Below are positions 21,483 through 31,919 of a DNA stretch of 64,000 nucleotides, piece by piece. The stretch's first letter is position 1. Each line of letters begins with the position of its first letter. The translations under genes were made by a program, and so were the position numbers. The notes beneath the pieces are model-generated. The model ran no database searches. It was not told where the DNA came from and was given only the letters and a program-made list of their open reading frames with translations. This DNA is from Wickerhamiella versatilis (lineage: Eukaryota), in contig JAQOWU010000008.1 in assembly GCA_030867685.1 (NCBI GenBank), positions 3,472,001 through 3,536,000 of the forward strand, in the 5' to 3' direction.

Positions 21483-22160
21483 ATGCCGCCAATCCAAGGT
21501 GTAGCTGCCTATAGCTTTGCATGGGCAGCTGCTTCTGCTGCACTAATCTATAACTGGAAAGCTATTCGGTCACCATGGTTTAGGAATAGCCAGGGACACA
21601 CGATTAGCTTGTGGCATTACTGCAGTGCTCCCGGCAGATGTACAGAATTTCCAGAGAGAAGTCTATGCATCAATTATCAGGGATTTTGCGCAAGTTGGCG
21701 AACTGCATCTTTCTTCTTAACATTGGCACTCGTACCTGAGATGCTTGCTGTGCTAGCTGTTTTGTTCAGCTGGGCATTTCGCCATCGAAGGAAGACTGTA
21801 CAAGTTTTGCGCTATGTTGTTGCCAGTGCACTAGGATTCCAAACTGTAGCGTTGCTGTCATTTTTGGCGCTATATTATAATTCTGATGATATTATGCCGT
21901 CAGGGTCCTGGGTGCTGGTAGGCGGGTGGGACTATGTACTGATCGCCCTTAGTGCGCTCGTGATCCTGATATTTTTCACGCTTCCGTTCCGCAGGCTAGT
22001 TAAAGGGGTCGAAGAACCGGAAGATTACGAAAGTGATGAAGAAGATGAGCTTGATGTTGATGCTGTGTCTAGTGATGAAGACGTCCCAGAGGAGGAACGA
22101 GATTTTCAGATGTTCAACAAGCAAGCAATTCGAAATGCGATAAGAATAAGAGGAGGCTAA
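21483..22160 (+). CDS. Four-TM fungal membrane protein (claudin/SUR7-like) with acidic tail
   Basis: W...SLWHYC...C..FP...C....FC.SWR extracellular-loop pattern and four hydrophobic helices. Confidence 0.65.
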   Translation: MPPIQGVAAYSFAWAAASAALIYNWKAIRSPWFRNSQGHTISLWHYCSAPGRCTEFPERSLCINYQGFCASWRTASFFLTLALVPEMLAVLAVLFSWAFRHRRKTVQVLRYVVASALGFQTVALLSFLALYYNSDDIMPSGSWVLVGGWDYVLIALSALVILIFFTLPFRRLVKGVEEPEDYESDEEDELDVDAVSSDEDVPEEERDFQMFNKQAIRNAIRIRGG

Positions 22161-22310
22161 GTTATCTCCAAGTAATATATGAACTATTGAATTATATGCT
22201 ATATATATATATGCCAATAAAGGTTCAGGGTCACGTTTCAAAAGGCCCAATTTCTGAATAAGCAGGGGCTCGTCACCTATTTATTTACTTTTAACCGAAC
22301 AGGTGGAGGC

Positions 22311-23909
22311 ATGGATACCAGAAGTAGCTGGTCAGGGAGAAGCATCTTTGCAGATAGCTCTTCAATTCAGAATTCGCAAAATTCTGGCTACGAAGAATCA
22401 ATCACTAGCGAAGATGATGAGATGCCGACCCTGCGACATTTAAGTGATTATAGGAGTGCCCCGACGCACGTATGTGCAGAATTGACTCACGAGCCACAAG
22501 CGGTAGTACCTCTTAGGCCCGTCGATAGCTTCAGATCTTCAAGTCGCAGCCTGCATGGGGCTCAGAGTGAATCAAATGAAGTGAGGAGGAGAAGCCCAAA
22601 TAGGAGTCCTACCCGCAAGGTACTTACTCCCTGTCCCGATAGCAGACGCGAAGATTTAACTCGTGAATTTGGCCGACTAAATGAGTTACCAACTGGAATT
22701 CATGATGGCTTACGATTTGCCGAGCCTTCGATAAATTCTCAAGGAGATACGAATGGTCAGTCGTTTGACGACTTCGATTTTGAGAATAAAGCGACTGGGA
22801 ATGCAGACCAACCCAGTCATATCGACTCGTCTCAAGATGAGATGCTTCATGCAATTTATTATCCAGCACCAATTCCTAAACAACTGAAGCGACCTCCAAT
22901 TTTGAGTTCTCGTAACAAAGATCAGACACAGGACTCAGGCGCGAGCAGTAAGCCAAGAAAACGCTCTAGTCAGATTGGAATTGATAGCATGACAACCCCA
23001 ATTCCTAACTGGGAGCCAGTCCCTCTGACAGACGAGGTTACTTTTTCAATGGAAGACTGTGATAGCGATATGGAAAGTGTACTCGACAACGTCAGTGACC
23101 GAGCCACAATAATGAGTGGGGAAGAATTAAGAAGCGATGATAATGAGGATGATGAGGATGAGCAGTCGAACAAGAAGCGCCCTGGTAAACGAAGATCGTG
23201 GTTCGAGTCGGCTTGGGGAAAACTTATTGGTAAAGACGGCAATGTGGACGGAGAGCGGGAATATGACGATGAAAACCAGAGTATGGCGGAGGATGATCTC
23301 GCATTCCTTAAGTATGATCATGACAAAATTCAGCAGCATTCAGGTATGTTTCGCGTTGGCGGTGCGTACGACTCAATTGTCCCACATCGAGGGAATAGGA
23401 CATCACTTGTCGAAGAAATCCAAATTCGTAAGTTAGGCCGCAAGCTTCAGCACCAGACACTACTGAACGAGTCCCACGGGTTTGAACAACAACGCCTCGA
23501 GGAGAAGAATAATCATGCGCATCCTCTAGATATTACGTCGCATCCAACTCTTTTGCAAATGCAGCATTATGCTGATACGGAATACAAAAACAGGGTGGGT
23601 TGGCATACCAGGACCTTAAACCCAGGTGGATCTCAGGGCACAAATGAAACACTTGCAGAGCGCCGGGCTCGTCTGAGAGCGCAAAAAAAGCTTACAGGAC
23701 AAGATAACTCGACTCAAGAGACACTTGCGCAGAGAAGAATTCGGTTACGTGGTCTGCGGGAATCAATTCGTCCTGCTAAACCCGCACTTGATTTGGAGGA
23801 TGAACATGATTCAGATTCAGGCAAACCCCAGTCATTTATTGAGGGTTGTAAGTCTCTGGACTCAACAAACCTTTCGCATTCGGATATTGACAGTACCGTC
23901 ACAGCATGA
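22311..23909 (+). CDS. Hypothetical largely disordered fungal protein
   Basis: ATG ORF of 532 aa. Short conserved-looking blocks YYPAPIP..L..PP.LS and a duplicated ETLA(E/Q)RR.RLR. Confidence 0.75.
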   Translation: MDTRSSWSGRSIFADSSSIQNSQNSGYEESITSEDDEMPTLRHLSDYRSAPTHVCAELTHEPQAVVPLRPVDSFRSSSRSLHGAQSESNEVRRRSPNRSPTRKVLTPCPDSRREDLTREFGRLNELPTGIHDGLRFAEPSINSQGDTNGQSFDDFDFENKATGNADQPSHIDSSQDEMLHAIYYPAPIPKQLKRPPILSSRNKDQTQDSGASSKPRKRSSQIGIDSMTTPIPNWEPVPLTDEVTFSMEDCDSDMESVLDNVSDRATIMSGEELRSDDNEDDEDEQSNKKRPGKRRSWFESAWGKLIGKDGNVDGEREYDDENQSMAEDDLAFLKYDHDKIQQHSGMFRVGGAYDSIVPHRGNRTSLVEEIQIRKLGRKLQHQTLLNESHGFEQQRLEEKNNHAHPLDITSHPTLLQMQHYADTEYKNRVGWHTRTLNPGGSQGTNETLAERRARLRAQKKLTGQDNSTQETLAQRRIRLRGLRESIRPAKPALDLEDEHDSDSGKPQSFIEGCKSLDSTNLSHSDIDSTVTA

Positions 23910-24084
23910 TTTTATCTGGTATCCTCATGCTATAAGACCACATCGACTTAGTATCCTTAACTAGAGGATATATCTCATTCATGCATAGCGACACTAAATA
24001 CGTAGTTCACGGCCCTATTTTAGCACTTTCTGCACTAAAAAAATTAAAAATACACTTCAGAAATCGATCTAAATCAGTAAAAAA

Positions 24085-24169
24085 TCTCACGGGTGTGACT
24101 CGAACACACGATCCTAGGATTACGATGAACCATTACAGTCCTATGCCTTACCAGCTTGGCCACCGTGAG
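24085..24169 (-). tRNA. tRNA-Tyr(GTA) with 12-nt intron (24121-24132)
   Basis: Acceptor CTCACGG/CCGTGAG plus discriminator A (C1-G72, A73), D-arm GCCAAGCTGGTAAGGC, anticodon stem TAGGA/TCCTA with CT-GTA-A, intron after position 37, T-arm GTGTG-TTCGAGT-CACAC, and a downstream T-run terminator. Confidence 0.97.
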
Positions 24170-24584
24170 GGATCTTCTGAAATTTGGCCATTAGTATATA
24201 CATATAGATAAACTTAATCTACACTTTTTTAAGCTTTATTCTGGCGCTGTCTTGCCAAGTAGTTATGTAGCAGGGTACATATAAACTCCCATCAGGACGG
24301 TCGAAGTACACTTCAGAATGATGATTTCCTTCATTAAATATACTTTATTCAAGTTTGAGGATTATAGTGGTTTAGTCAAACGCCAGGTTCCCTTATTTAA
24401 TTTCCACTTGGCGATGGTGATATTACTTTCAAAAAAGCTTCCTACGAAGCCTGGACATAAAAACTCTTAGGCGGAAATCATGGGTTTGAACATCAGCATA
24501 ATAGTGGTCAATCCAAGATAAAATTAAGCTAGTATCAATTCATAAGGATTAGTGCATCGATCTCTATGAGATTATGTCATTGGC

Positions 24585-25217
24585 ATGAGTGTACAGGAGG
24601 TTAAAAGAACACTACGAAAACAAATTGGGGCTCGGCTTCGCAGTATGGATCCTAATGTCATTTTTCAAGAAAGTAATTTAGCTGCCACTGTCCTACGGAG
24701 GCTGGAAGCTTACAGAAAAGCTCGAACGGTGGCCTTCTATATGCATATGGACCAAGGGGAGCTGAGAACGGATAAGATGCTTGAGAACGCATTTGAAGAT
24801 AGAAAAAGAGTTTTCCTGCCGAAAATTGTGCCGTTGTCGAAAGAACACAGGCAATTCGAAGCGCAAAAATCGCACTTGCAAATGTTGGAGATGCCAAATA
24901 TTGGAGCTGTCCGAAATCTGAAACCTCGAGGAAAATACGGAATCAAGGAGCCTACAGAGGGTGTTGATGCACTCAGTTGTGGACTGGACCTTATAGTATT
25001 ACCGGGTGTTGCATATACTTGCCAGTGTGACCGCCTTGGTCATGGTGCAGCCTATTACGACGGCTTTATCGAAGAACACTTCGAAAAACTAGGTGCCGAA
25101 CCAGTTTTGGTCGGCGTGGGACTTACACCCCAACTGTTACCATCAGTACCGGTGGAGCCCCATGATAAAACTCTAAATGCAGTAATTATTGGTGATCATC
25201 TTTACTCAGGGCTCTAA
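24585..25217 (+). CDS. FAU1: 5-formyltetrahydrofolate cyclo-ligase
   Basis: KRTLRK N-terminus, YGIKEP, LDLIVLPGVAY...RLGHGAAYYD, PVEPHD. Confidence 0.93.
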   Translation: MSVQEVKRTLRKQIGARLRSMDPNVIFQESNLAATVLRRLEAYRKARTVAFYMHMDQGELRTDKMLENAFEDRKRVFLPKIVPLSKEHRQFEAQKSHLQMLEMPNIGAVRNLKPRGKYGIKEPTEGVDALSCGLDLIVLPGVAYTCQCDRLGHGAAYYDGFIEEHFEKLGAEPVLVGVGLTPQLLPSVPVEPHDKTLNAVIIGDHLYSGL

Positions 25218-25463
25218 ACTTGAAATTAGAGTTATACAATCACCTTTCAGCATTATAGAACCTAATTCGCGCTTCTTGCCTGAGTTCATATCGATCTCAC
25301 AGGCTTCGCTTAGCACAACATTCATAAATTCGTCAAAACCATCGATAATACCTTGAATTCGCACATCAACCTGTTCAGCTAGCCATATGTTTACAGAGGT
25401 TCGTCGCTCCATGTATAAGAATACAACATTAATTGGTGGAAGGTTACGCACCGCATGGCTCAT
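25206..25463 (-). CDS. SME1: snRNP core protein SmE
   Basis: PPINVVF, IWLAEQ...RIQGIIDGFDEFMNVVL, LGSIMLKGDCITLI. ATG at 25463. Confidence 0.95.
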   Translation of the reverse strand: MSHAVRNLPPINVVFLYMERRTSVNIWLAEQVDVRIQGIIDGFDEFMNVVLSEACEIDMNSGKKRELGSIMLKGDCITLISSLEP

Positions 25464-25689
25464 TGACGATGTGACAAAGTTTGTCAGCCCCAAGTAATCC
25501 ACATTCTTAGCTTCTCTGCTCTATAATGTAAACATGAGATGATACAGAGTGTATTTAACACTATATGGAGAACGAAGAATACCGGAACTTCTCCAATATA
25601 ATGTTTAGTCTAGTTATACAGTGGAGTGAACTTATAGCAGCAGCCTACCGGTATAAACAAGGAAGAGAACTATGACGTAACCGTTCCAA

Positions 25690-26412
25690 ATGTCGCTGCC
25701 TGCCCTGAAGACAAACCCGAAGATTATCCTATTCACAGACTGGGATGGAACTGTGACTCTCCAAGATTCTAATGATTATCTCACAGACAATTTTGGGATG
25801 GGGTTAGCTCAACGTCGAGCTCTAAACCAAGATGTGTTGGCAGGTCGTAAAACCTTCCGCGATATATTTGTAGAAATGCTGGATTCGGTCACTGTTCCTT
25901 TTGACAAATGTATTGAGATCCTCTTGGAGAATATTGAGCTTGATCCTGGTTTCGCAGATTTCTATGCCTGGTCGAAAACCCAAAATATACCTGTTGTTGT
26001 TGTCTCAAGTGGGATGATTCCAATCATTCGCGCCCTGCTCACAAAACTTGTTGGTCAGAGTGCTGCCCAAGAAATTCAGATCATTGCAAATGATGTTGAT
26101 ATCAAGCCAGATGGTTCCTGGCATATAATCTATCGCGACGAGAGTCCCCATGGCCACGACAAGTCAAGAGCGATACGACCATATGCTGAAGTTGAAGGAC
26201 GCCCCACCATGCTTTATGCTGGCGACGGTATTTCAGACCTTAGCGCGGCAAGTGAAACCGACCTGCTTTTTGCCAAACAAGGTCGCGATCTAGTTACTTG
26301 GTGCAAAAAGGAGAACATCCCGTTCCACGAGTTTTCCACGTACCGTGACATTCACAACCTTGTAGCGGAATTGAACGCTGGCAAGGTGTCCATAAACGAT
26401 TTGCGGGAGTAG
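25690..26412 (+). CDS. PYP1: HAD-family (MtnX-like) polyol phosphate phosphatase
   Basis: FTDWDGTVTLQDSND, VVSSGM, GHDKS, YAGDGISDLSAA.ETDLLFAK (YNL010W family). Confidence 0.85.
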   Translation: MSLPALKTNPKIILFTDWDGTVTLQDSNDYLTDNFGMGLAQRRALNQDVLAGRKTFRDIFVEMLDSVTVPFDKCIEILLENIELDPGFADFYAWSKTQNIPVVVVSSGMIPIIRALLTKLVGQSAAQEIQIIANDVDIKPDGSWHIIYRDESPHGHDKSRAIRPYAEVEGRPTMLYAGDGISDLSAASETDLLFAKQGRDLVTWCKKENIPFHEFSTYRDIHNLVAELNAGKVSINDLRE

Positions 26413-26458
26413 TAGGGACGGAAGTTTTATTCTAAATATAGGTTTACTTGAAAATATG

Positions 26459-26941
26459 CTAAGCCATTAATCTTGAGACTGCTGAGGTACTCTCTTCCTC
26501 GGCTTCTGCGACTTCGAGGGCATCCTGCTGGCTGATCCTCCGAATCACATCACGGCGTGACGACTCTTGAACCTCACCTGCCAGCAGTAACTCGTCCAAG
26601 ATGTAGTATGCCTTCTGAAAGTTGAAAATGATATCGAGTTCGCAAACATTACCATAATACTTATCCATCTGTTCCACATAACGATGAAGTATTTCTAGTA
26701 CAATAAGCTCATTATCATCCTCCTCCACACCTGCAATAAAAAATAGAGATGCATATCGTCGATACACGACTTTCGACTGGCGATATTCAAGAAAGTTACA
26801 CATCCGCGTGCGCCGGGCAAGCACAAGCGTTGTGACATCTTTAATGATCTTATTACGGTCTTTCACCGTATGCGTCTCAAACCACTTTGAAAGACGCACT
26901 TTGCCTTGGCGTGACAACAACAGGACATACTGGATAGCCAT
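26459..26941 (-). CDS. APS1: AP-1 adaptor sigma subunit
   Basis: LLSRQGKVRLSKWF, YRRYASLFF, NVCELDIIFNFQKAY. Confidence 0.95.
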   Translation of the reverse strand: MAIQYVLLLSRQGKVRLSKWFETHTVKDRNKIIKDVTTLVLARRTRMCNFLEYRQSKVVYRRYASLFFIAGVEEDDNELIVLEILHRYVEQMDKYYGNVCELDIIFNFQKAYYILDELLLAGEVQESSRRDVIRRISQQDALEVAEAEEESTSAVSRLMA

Positions 26942-27008
26942 CCCTTGAACGCTGACAAAGATACGGAAAGGTATATTGTCTGGGTAGGCATCAGCATAGT
27001 TGCACGTT

Positions 27009-27734
27009 TTATGTTAGGTCTATAATATCTATGGGAACATTAGTATTATGGTGAGATTTTTGTTTAACATTCTCTAGGAACTCGTCCAAGGAAATCTCCT
27101 CAACACCAAGATCTTCAATGTTGATGTTTTCGATGGCTTGCGAACTGGCACAGACTTTATCAGCTTGGGAGCGTCGCATTAAGGCTTCTACTCTTCGCTT
27201 CCGAAGTCCCTGAAGGGATGAAGGTCGCGATCCGGGTCCTAAGCGGTAGCCTCCATTCACAATGAGATCCCCGTTGGACTTTGGCAGAGCGCCTTTGGGT
27301 CTTGCGCCAAGACGATATCCTTGGCCGATAAACCCTTCACCACGGAACCCACGTGCCATCATATCCTCCAATTCTGTATTGAGCTCATCAAGAAGCTTGT
27401 GGAAAGCTGAATTATGAGGGCCATGTGTATTGTGGCACAACTCGTGCAGCATTGTTCCTAGCACCTCGTTGAACGGCAGAAAGCTGGTAGGATCATGATG
27501 AAAACGGAGTCTCAAACAAATTTTCAAGCCATGTCCTACATTTAAACCAAGTAAATCACGACTTTTGGGTAAAAACTCCATCACTTTGTGTACACGATAA
27601 TTGTGTCGCCGCATGATGGGTTGCACATACGAAGAAACACTTTCTAGAATCTTTTGGGCCGTTTCGGCTTGTGACTGTCGTTTGAGGGCATTAATTTCTC
27701 CAATGACCGGTTGTCTGCCATCCCATCTGGGCAT
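27009..27734 (-). CDS. WSS1: WLM-domain DNA-protein crosslink metalloprotease Wss1
   Basis: LLGLNV.HG.KICLRLR, TMLHELCHNTHGPH (HExxH), G.GYRLG, C-terminal SIM-like IIDLT. Confidence 0.93.
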   Translation of the reverse strand: MPRWDGRQPVIGEINALKRQSQAETAQKILESVSSYVQPIMRRHNYRVHKVMEFLPKSRDLLGLNVGHGLKICLRLRFHHDPTSFLPFNEVLGTMLHELCHNTHGPHNSAFHKLLDELNTELEDMMARGFRGEGFIGQGYRLGARPKGALPKSNGDLIVNGGYRLGPGSRPSSLQGLRKRRVEALMRRSQADKVCASSQAIENINIEDLGVEEISLDEFLENVKQKSHHNTNVPIDIIDLT

Positions 27735-27764
27735 TCACCTGTTACTCAGCATAGCACCTTCAGT

Positions 27765-29042
27765 ATGTCATCGTGGGGCGATACTTTTGATGCTGCTTGG
27801 CAACGAATTGTCAGTGCTACCGGTGACTTCACGGGCAGTGTTGCGCAGACGGCAGCGAATGCTACAGGAGAGGTAAGCTCCCTTTGTGATCAAGTTTCTT
27901 CTGCTGTAGCAAGGCAATTACCGTCGTCTTTCGGTGGTGCAATGTCAGAACCTCCCCCACCACCCCATTTTTTTGAGAGGATACAGAAAAAATGGTTGAT
28001 AGCGACTGGGGTCATAGGAGGAGGTATAGCAGCGGTGACGCTATGGAAATTGCGTGCAATGCCTGCTCCTCAACGAAGACGGAGAAGAATGGCTCGTCGA
28101 GCTCCTGATGGAGGCCGCAAAGATGTTATATTAATCGTAGCCTCGCCACATGAGCCATTGGTACGAGTGATTGCCCAGGATCTCATGATTCGTGGCTTTA
28201 TTGTCTATATCACATCAGCCTCTCCCGAGGAGGATGAAACAATATACCGCGAGAAATCTAGTGACATACGTACACTAAGATGCAACATGAACAACCCAGG
28301 GTCAACAGAAAGGGGATTGCACGAGCTTGAAGTACTGCTTCAGACTCCGGTTTCTTCTTTTGCTGGCGCTGAGAGCCGTTTCCTAAGTCTTGCAGCGGTA
28401 ATCCTCATTCCAGACCTGTTTTATCCGACAGGACCACTCGAGGCAACATCTCCACAGCAGTGGGCGCATACTCTTCATACGAAGGTTCTTGGGCCTGTGA
28501 CTTTTTTGAGTTGTGGGGGCCTCGACATGGTTCGCCAACACGCTTCTCGCATAATACTCATGACCCCGTCCATCATAAGTTCTTTGAATCCTGCTTTCCA
28601 TGCAGCAGAGTGTATATGTGTTGCTGCACTTAGCTCACTGGCTCTAGTTGTCTCCCGTGAGGTCGCCTCACAGCATGTCACGATGTCACACTTAAAACTA
28701 GGGTCATTTGACACAAGCCACGGCGGGCCCGAGGCTGTAAGACTTGGAAGTGAATATCAAATCAAGCGAAATATGCGGGCGGATGTGCTATCTTGGCCGG
28801 AGCATTTGCGTCATCTCTATGCGGGGGCTTACGCTTCTTCTGCATACTTGCAGACCAAGCGTACGCGAGGGTCAAGGCTGAGGCATCTTTTCTCGGTTTT
28901 GTTCGATACTGTCACTATGCCATCTCCTCCTCGTGTTATTCATGTGGGGAAAGGAAGTTATGCATACGATCTCCTCACAAGTTTACTTCCTGAGTGGCTT
29001 TTAACGTTAGTTTTGTCTACATCTGCTTCAGTTAAGAAATAA
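27765..29042 (+). CDS. DUF1776 (Ysc83-like) SDR-fold protein
   Basis: RRRRMARRAPDGGRKDVILI...HEPLVR.IA.DL..RGFIVY; YPTGPLE; GSRLRHL. ATG at 27765. Confidence 0.8.
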   Translation: MSSWGDTFDAAWQRIVSATGDFTGSVAQTAANATGEVSSLCDQVSSAVARQLPSSFGGAMSEPPPPPHFFERIQKKWLIATGVIGGGIAAVTLWKLRAMPAPQRRRRRMARRAPDGGRKDVILIVASPHEPLVRVIAQDLMIRGFIVYITSASPEEDETIYREKSSDIRTLRCNMNNPGSTERGLHELEVLLQTPVSSFAGAESRFLSLAAVILIPDLFYPTGPLEATSPQQWAHTLHTKVLGPVTFLSCGGLDMVRQHASRIILMTPSIISSLNPAFHAAECICVAALSSLALVVSREVASQHVTMSHLKLGSFDTSHGGPEAVRLGSEYQIKRNMRADVLSWPEHLRHLYAGAYASSAYLQTKRTRGSRLRHLFSVLFDTVTMPSPPRVIHVGKGSYAYDLLTSLLPEWLLTLVLSTSASVKK

Positions 29043-29057
29043 GCTAAGATATTTAAA

Positions 29058-31670
29058 TTAAAGATTGTGCGAAGCTTTTGTCCTACGTAGTCCATGGGCA
29101 TTGTTATAGCGGGAGAGATGGCTCGCCATGGATGTTGTGCTTCGGGCAATAGATGGGCTGCGAGAGAGGATGGCGGGGCTTTTGTCTTGATGTGTGTCAG
29201 GCAAAACTTCTGGAACAGGGGTTTCAGTAGATTCTTGCTCATCATCCGGCAAGAAGCCACCTCTGCGGCGTAGTCCGACTGTTCGTGGGTCGTTAGTGGG
29301 CTTATGAGAAATCTGATGGTCCAAATTGACTTGATAAACAGGGAGTGCAGGGTCAGTGCTGGTGTCATCACGGCGTGGTATAATGAGGGGTATTTCATTG
29401 ATACATCTGGACAGGAAATTGTAGAATTTTGTACAGACTTCGCTGTACAGAACAATATCATCTTGTGAACAACGCGTGTTGGCACAGACAGTGAGAGAGA
29501 TTTTATCGAGATCTGCCTGCTCAGTGATTTGCACAAAGGGTGCCTGCATGAACTGCCGAGGATTCTCATCAATAAACTGACTGATCCGTACGATCAATTC
29601 GTGAATGTCTTGCATTTTTGTCTCAGGTAAACCAAGCGTTAATACAGTAGAAACTTGTGACCCGCCGGAGCGCGACAAGTTATCGATGAAAATAGTATTT
29701 AGAACAGAATTCGAACACTGTCTTATGATATTGGATCCAACCTCGGAAAAAGTAGAGTGCAACAAGGCTATTTTAACGACTTGCATTCTTACATAGCCAG
29801 GCCCGGCTACAGAGATTTTGACCCAGTCACCAACGTCATAAGGATGCTTCACGAACAAGAAAATACAGGAAGTGAAAACTTCACTGGCAGTAGAAGAGAA
29901 TAGGAACGACATACTAAGAATAGTTGAGCCCAGCGTGGCTAGTACGGTCGCACTCGATGGGGCAAGCATACCCACGAAAATGATGATAACTATAATAAGA
30001 CATAAGAATAAGAGCAGGTAATGGAGTTTGGTTATTGCCCCGTCCATATCAACGAGAGATTTTGAGATATCTTTACGCTCTCTACCAATATCTTGCACAC
30101 TTTTTATCATCTCTTCGAGGTCAATGGTAGAGCCACCGTCAATATCGAGAATTTCAAACATGAAGAGGACCTCTTCCTGGCGATCTCGACCAATTGCTTC
30201 AAGCAATTCTTCATAAGATAGACTGTCAGAGTCCTCCATGACCAGGCTTTTCCAGATACGGCATGCTAGTACTTCGGCACAGTGCTTCGACGCCAGCGCA
30301 TCTTTCACAGTTCCAGATATGGATGGCGTTTGCTTGGTCCTCATAATTTGGTTTGTCACGTCGACCGAGTTATGCACCAATTTATTGATAACGTCGAGAG
30401 GCTTAAACTTGGAGGCCATTTTTGCAGTGCGATTCTGTACACTCTGCAACCCGGTAGACTCCAAAATTTCATCCTCTTCTTCGAATTCTTCACACCCATA
30501 AGGGAAGTAATGGTAAGAGAGCCCTAAAAGTACCGTAAGTACCTTAATTGCTTTCTTGCTGCGGGCTATTCGGATTGACATTCTAGCACGGTGGAAACTT
30601 ACAGACAATAAATGGATGAAAACTTGCTCGCAGAAAAATATCAAAGAACTCACCAAAAATGCCACAAGAATATCCTGAATGATCACCTGCCACTTAGGCA
30701 TATTTCCATCATCATCCCTTAAGGCATCCTTATTGTCGTGCAATAATGGCCCAAAGGTGATAAAACTCACGAAAGTCCATACCACCAAAGTCACAGCCAA
30801 TTCTAAAGAAAAGGCGAGATCAACGAACTTGAAATATCTTGGCGCCACAACCGCAATAATAGCAGCTAGAACTTCGGGGAAGTACCGCGCCACCACCCTA
30901 CCAATTAACAGGGAAGCCCAAACAACCTCAAGCCAAATAAATATCCACATGACACGCGTACTACCCAATGTCATATCAGGATTCTGCCACGCTCCCACCG
31001 CTAAGGGAACGAACAAAATTGCAGCGAGAGGAAACCACCAGCAAAAGAGGCGAGTGACCAGCGTTCTTGACATGTAATCTGTGTACAGGCTCTTCAAAAA
31101 ATCTAGGACTTTTGATCCCTGGGCAAAACGACGAATCTTCCTTCGCCGTTCTAGGTTCTGACGGTAACCTTTGCGCCTCGAGGTTGCCGCACTATCATCT
31201 GGTTTGTGCTCAGAGCTCTGACCAGGAGTACCACCAAAGGCAAGATCTGTCGCAGCTTGATCGATACCTAGAGCCTCATCCGACGGATCTTCCTCCAAAA
31301 TTGTATCCAAAATATGAGTGGGATCATCTTTCAGCCGGTCCTCCATTTCCATCTCTTCCTTAACGCTCATATGACTCTTGCCAGATTTGAGAGAGGGCTC
31401 CCCTGGTGGTGCTGCGCCTGATTGACTACGGCGACCAGTAATATGCAAAAGTGACCGAAGACTACCGGCTGATGATTTATGAGAGGTTTGAGAATGACGT
31501 CCACTCATATGAGATCTCGCATCTGTATAAAGACCCTCTTCTGCAGCAGGTCCATCATGGTAGCTTGGGACACCTCTTGGTGAACGGGGAGAGCGGGTGG
31601 CATATATAGACTCTCGGTCACTTCCCGCCGCTGTCTGTGGTGGATGAACATGTTGATCATGGGAACTCAT
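29058..31670 (-). CDS. MscS-like mechanosensitive ion channel (Msy1/Msy2 type) with EF-hand
   Basis: Multiple TM segments, EF-hand DIDGGSTIDLEE, MscS signature SCIFLFVKHPYDVGD, and NSVL...IDNLSRS. Confidence 0.9.
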   Translation of the reverse strand: MSSHDQHVHPPQTAAGSDRESIYATRSPRSPRGVPSYHDGPAAEEGLYTDARSHMSGRHSQTSHKSSAGSLRSLLHITGRRSQSGAAPPGEPSLKSGKSHMSVKEEMEMEDRLKDDPTHILDTILEEDPSDEALGIDQAATDLAFGGTPGQSSEHKPDDSAATSRRKGYRQNLERRRKIRRFAQGSKVLDFLKSLYTDYMSRTLVTRLFCWWFPLAAILFVPLAVGAWQNPDMTLGSTRVMWIFIWLEVVWASLLIGRVVARYFPEVLAAIIAVVAPRYFKFVDLAFSLELAVTLVVWTFVSFITFGPLLHDNKDALRDDDGNMPKWQVIIQDILVAFLVSSLIFFCEQVFIHLLSVSFHRARMSIRIARSKKAIKVLTVLLGLSYHYFPYGCEEFEEEDEILESTGLQSVQNRTAKMASKFKPLDVINKLVHNSVDVTNQIMRTKQTPSISGTVKDALASKHCAEVLACRIWKSLVMEDSDSLSYEELLEAIGRDRQEEVLFMFEILDIDGGSTIDLEEMIKSVQDIGRERKDISKSLVDMDGAITKLHYLLLFLCLIIVIIIFVGMLAPSSATVLATLGSTILSMSFLFSSTASEVFTSCIFLFVKHPYDVGDWVKISVAGPGYVRMQVVKIALLHSTFSEVGSNIIRQCSNSVLNTIFIDNLSRSGGSQVSTVLTLGLPETKMQDIHELIVRISQFIDENPRQFMQAPFVQITEQADLDKISLTVCANTRCSQDDIVLYSEVCTKFYNFLSRCINEIPLIIPRRDDTSTDPALPVYQVNLDHQISHKPTNDPRTVGLRRRGGFLPDDEQESTETPVPEVLPDTHQDKSPAILSRSPSIARSTTSMASHLSRYNNAHGLRRTKASHNL

Positions 31671-31882
31671 GAGCCACTTACGACAAATTAGGTAGTGTCA
31701 CACCCCTTAATTGAGAGATTAAAATGTATGTGTAAGCTAAAGCTTTAGGATGCACCTGACGGGTGATTAGTCCGTCTGACCGAATACGCGTCCTGAGTCA
31801 CGAGGAAAAAAAAGCGTAATCACGTGGGCTGCTCTCAAGCTGTAAGAAAATTGCTGTCAGTAAGTAACCTTGCGACATTATA

Positions 31883-31919
31883 AAATGTATATATTAAGAA
31901 ATGTATATATTAAGAAATG
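31883..31919. repeat. 16-bp tandem duplication AAATGTATATATTAAG (2 copies plus AAATG)
   Basis: Read directly: 31883-31898 is identical to 31899-31914. Confidence 0.9.
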
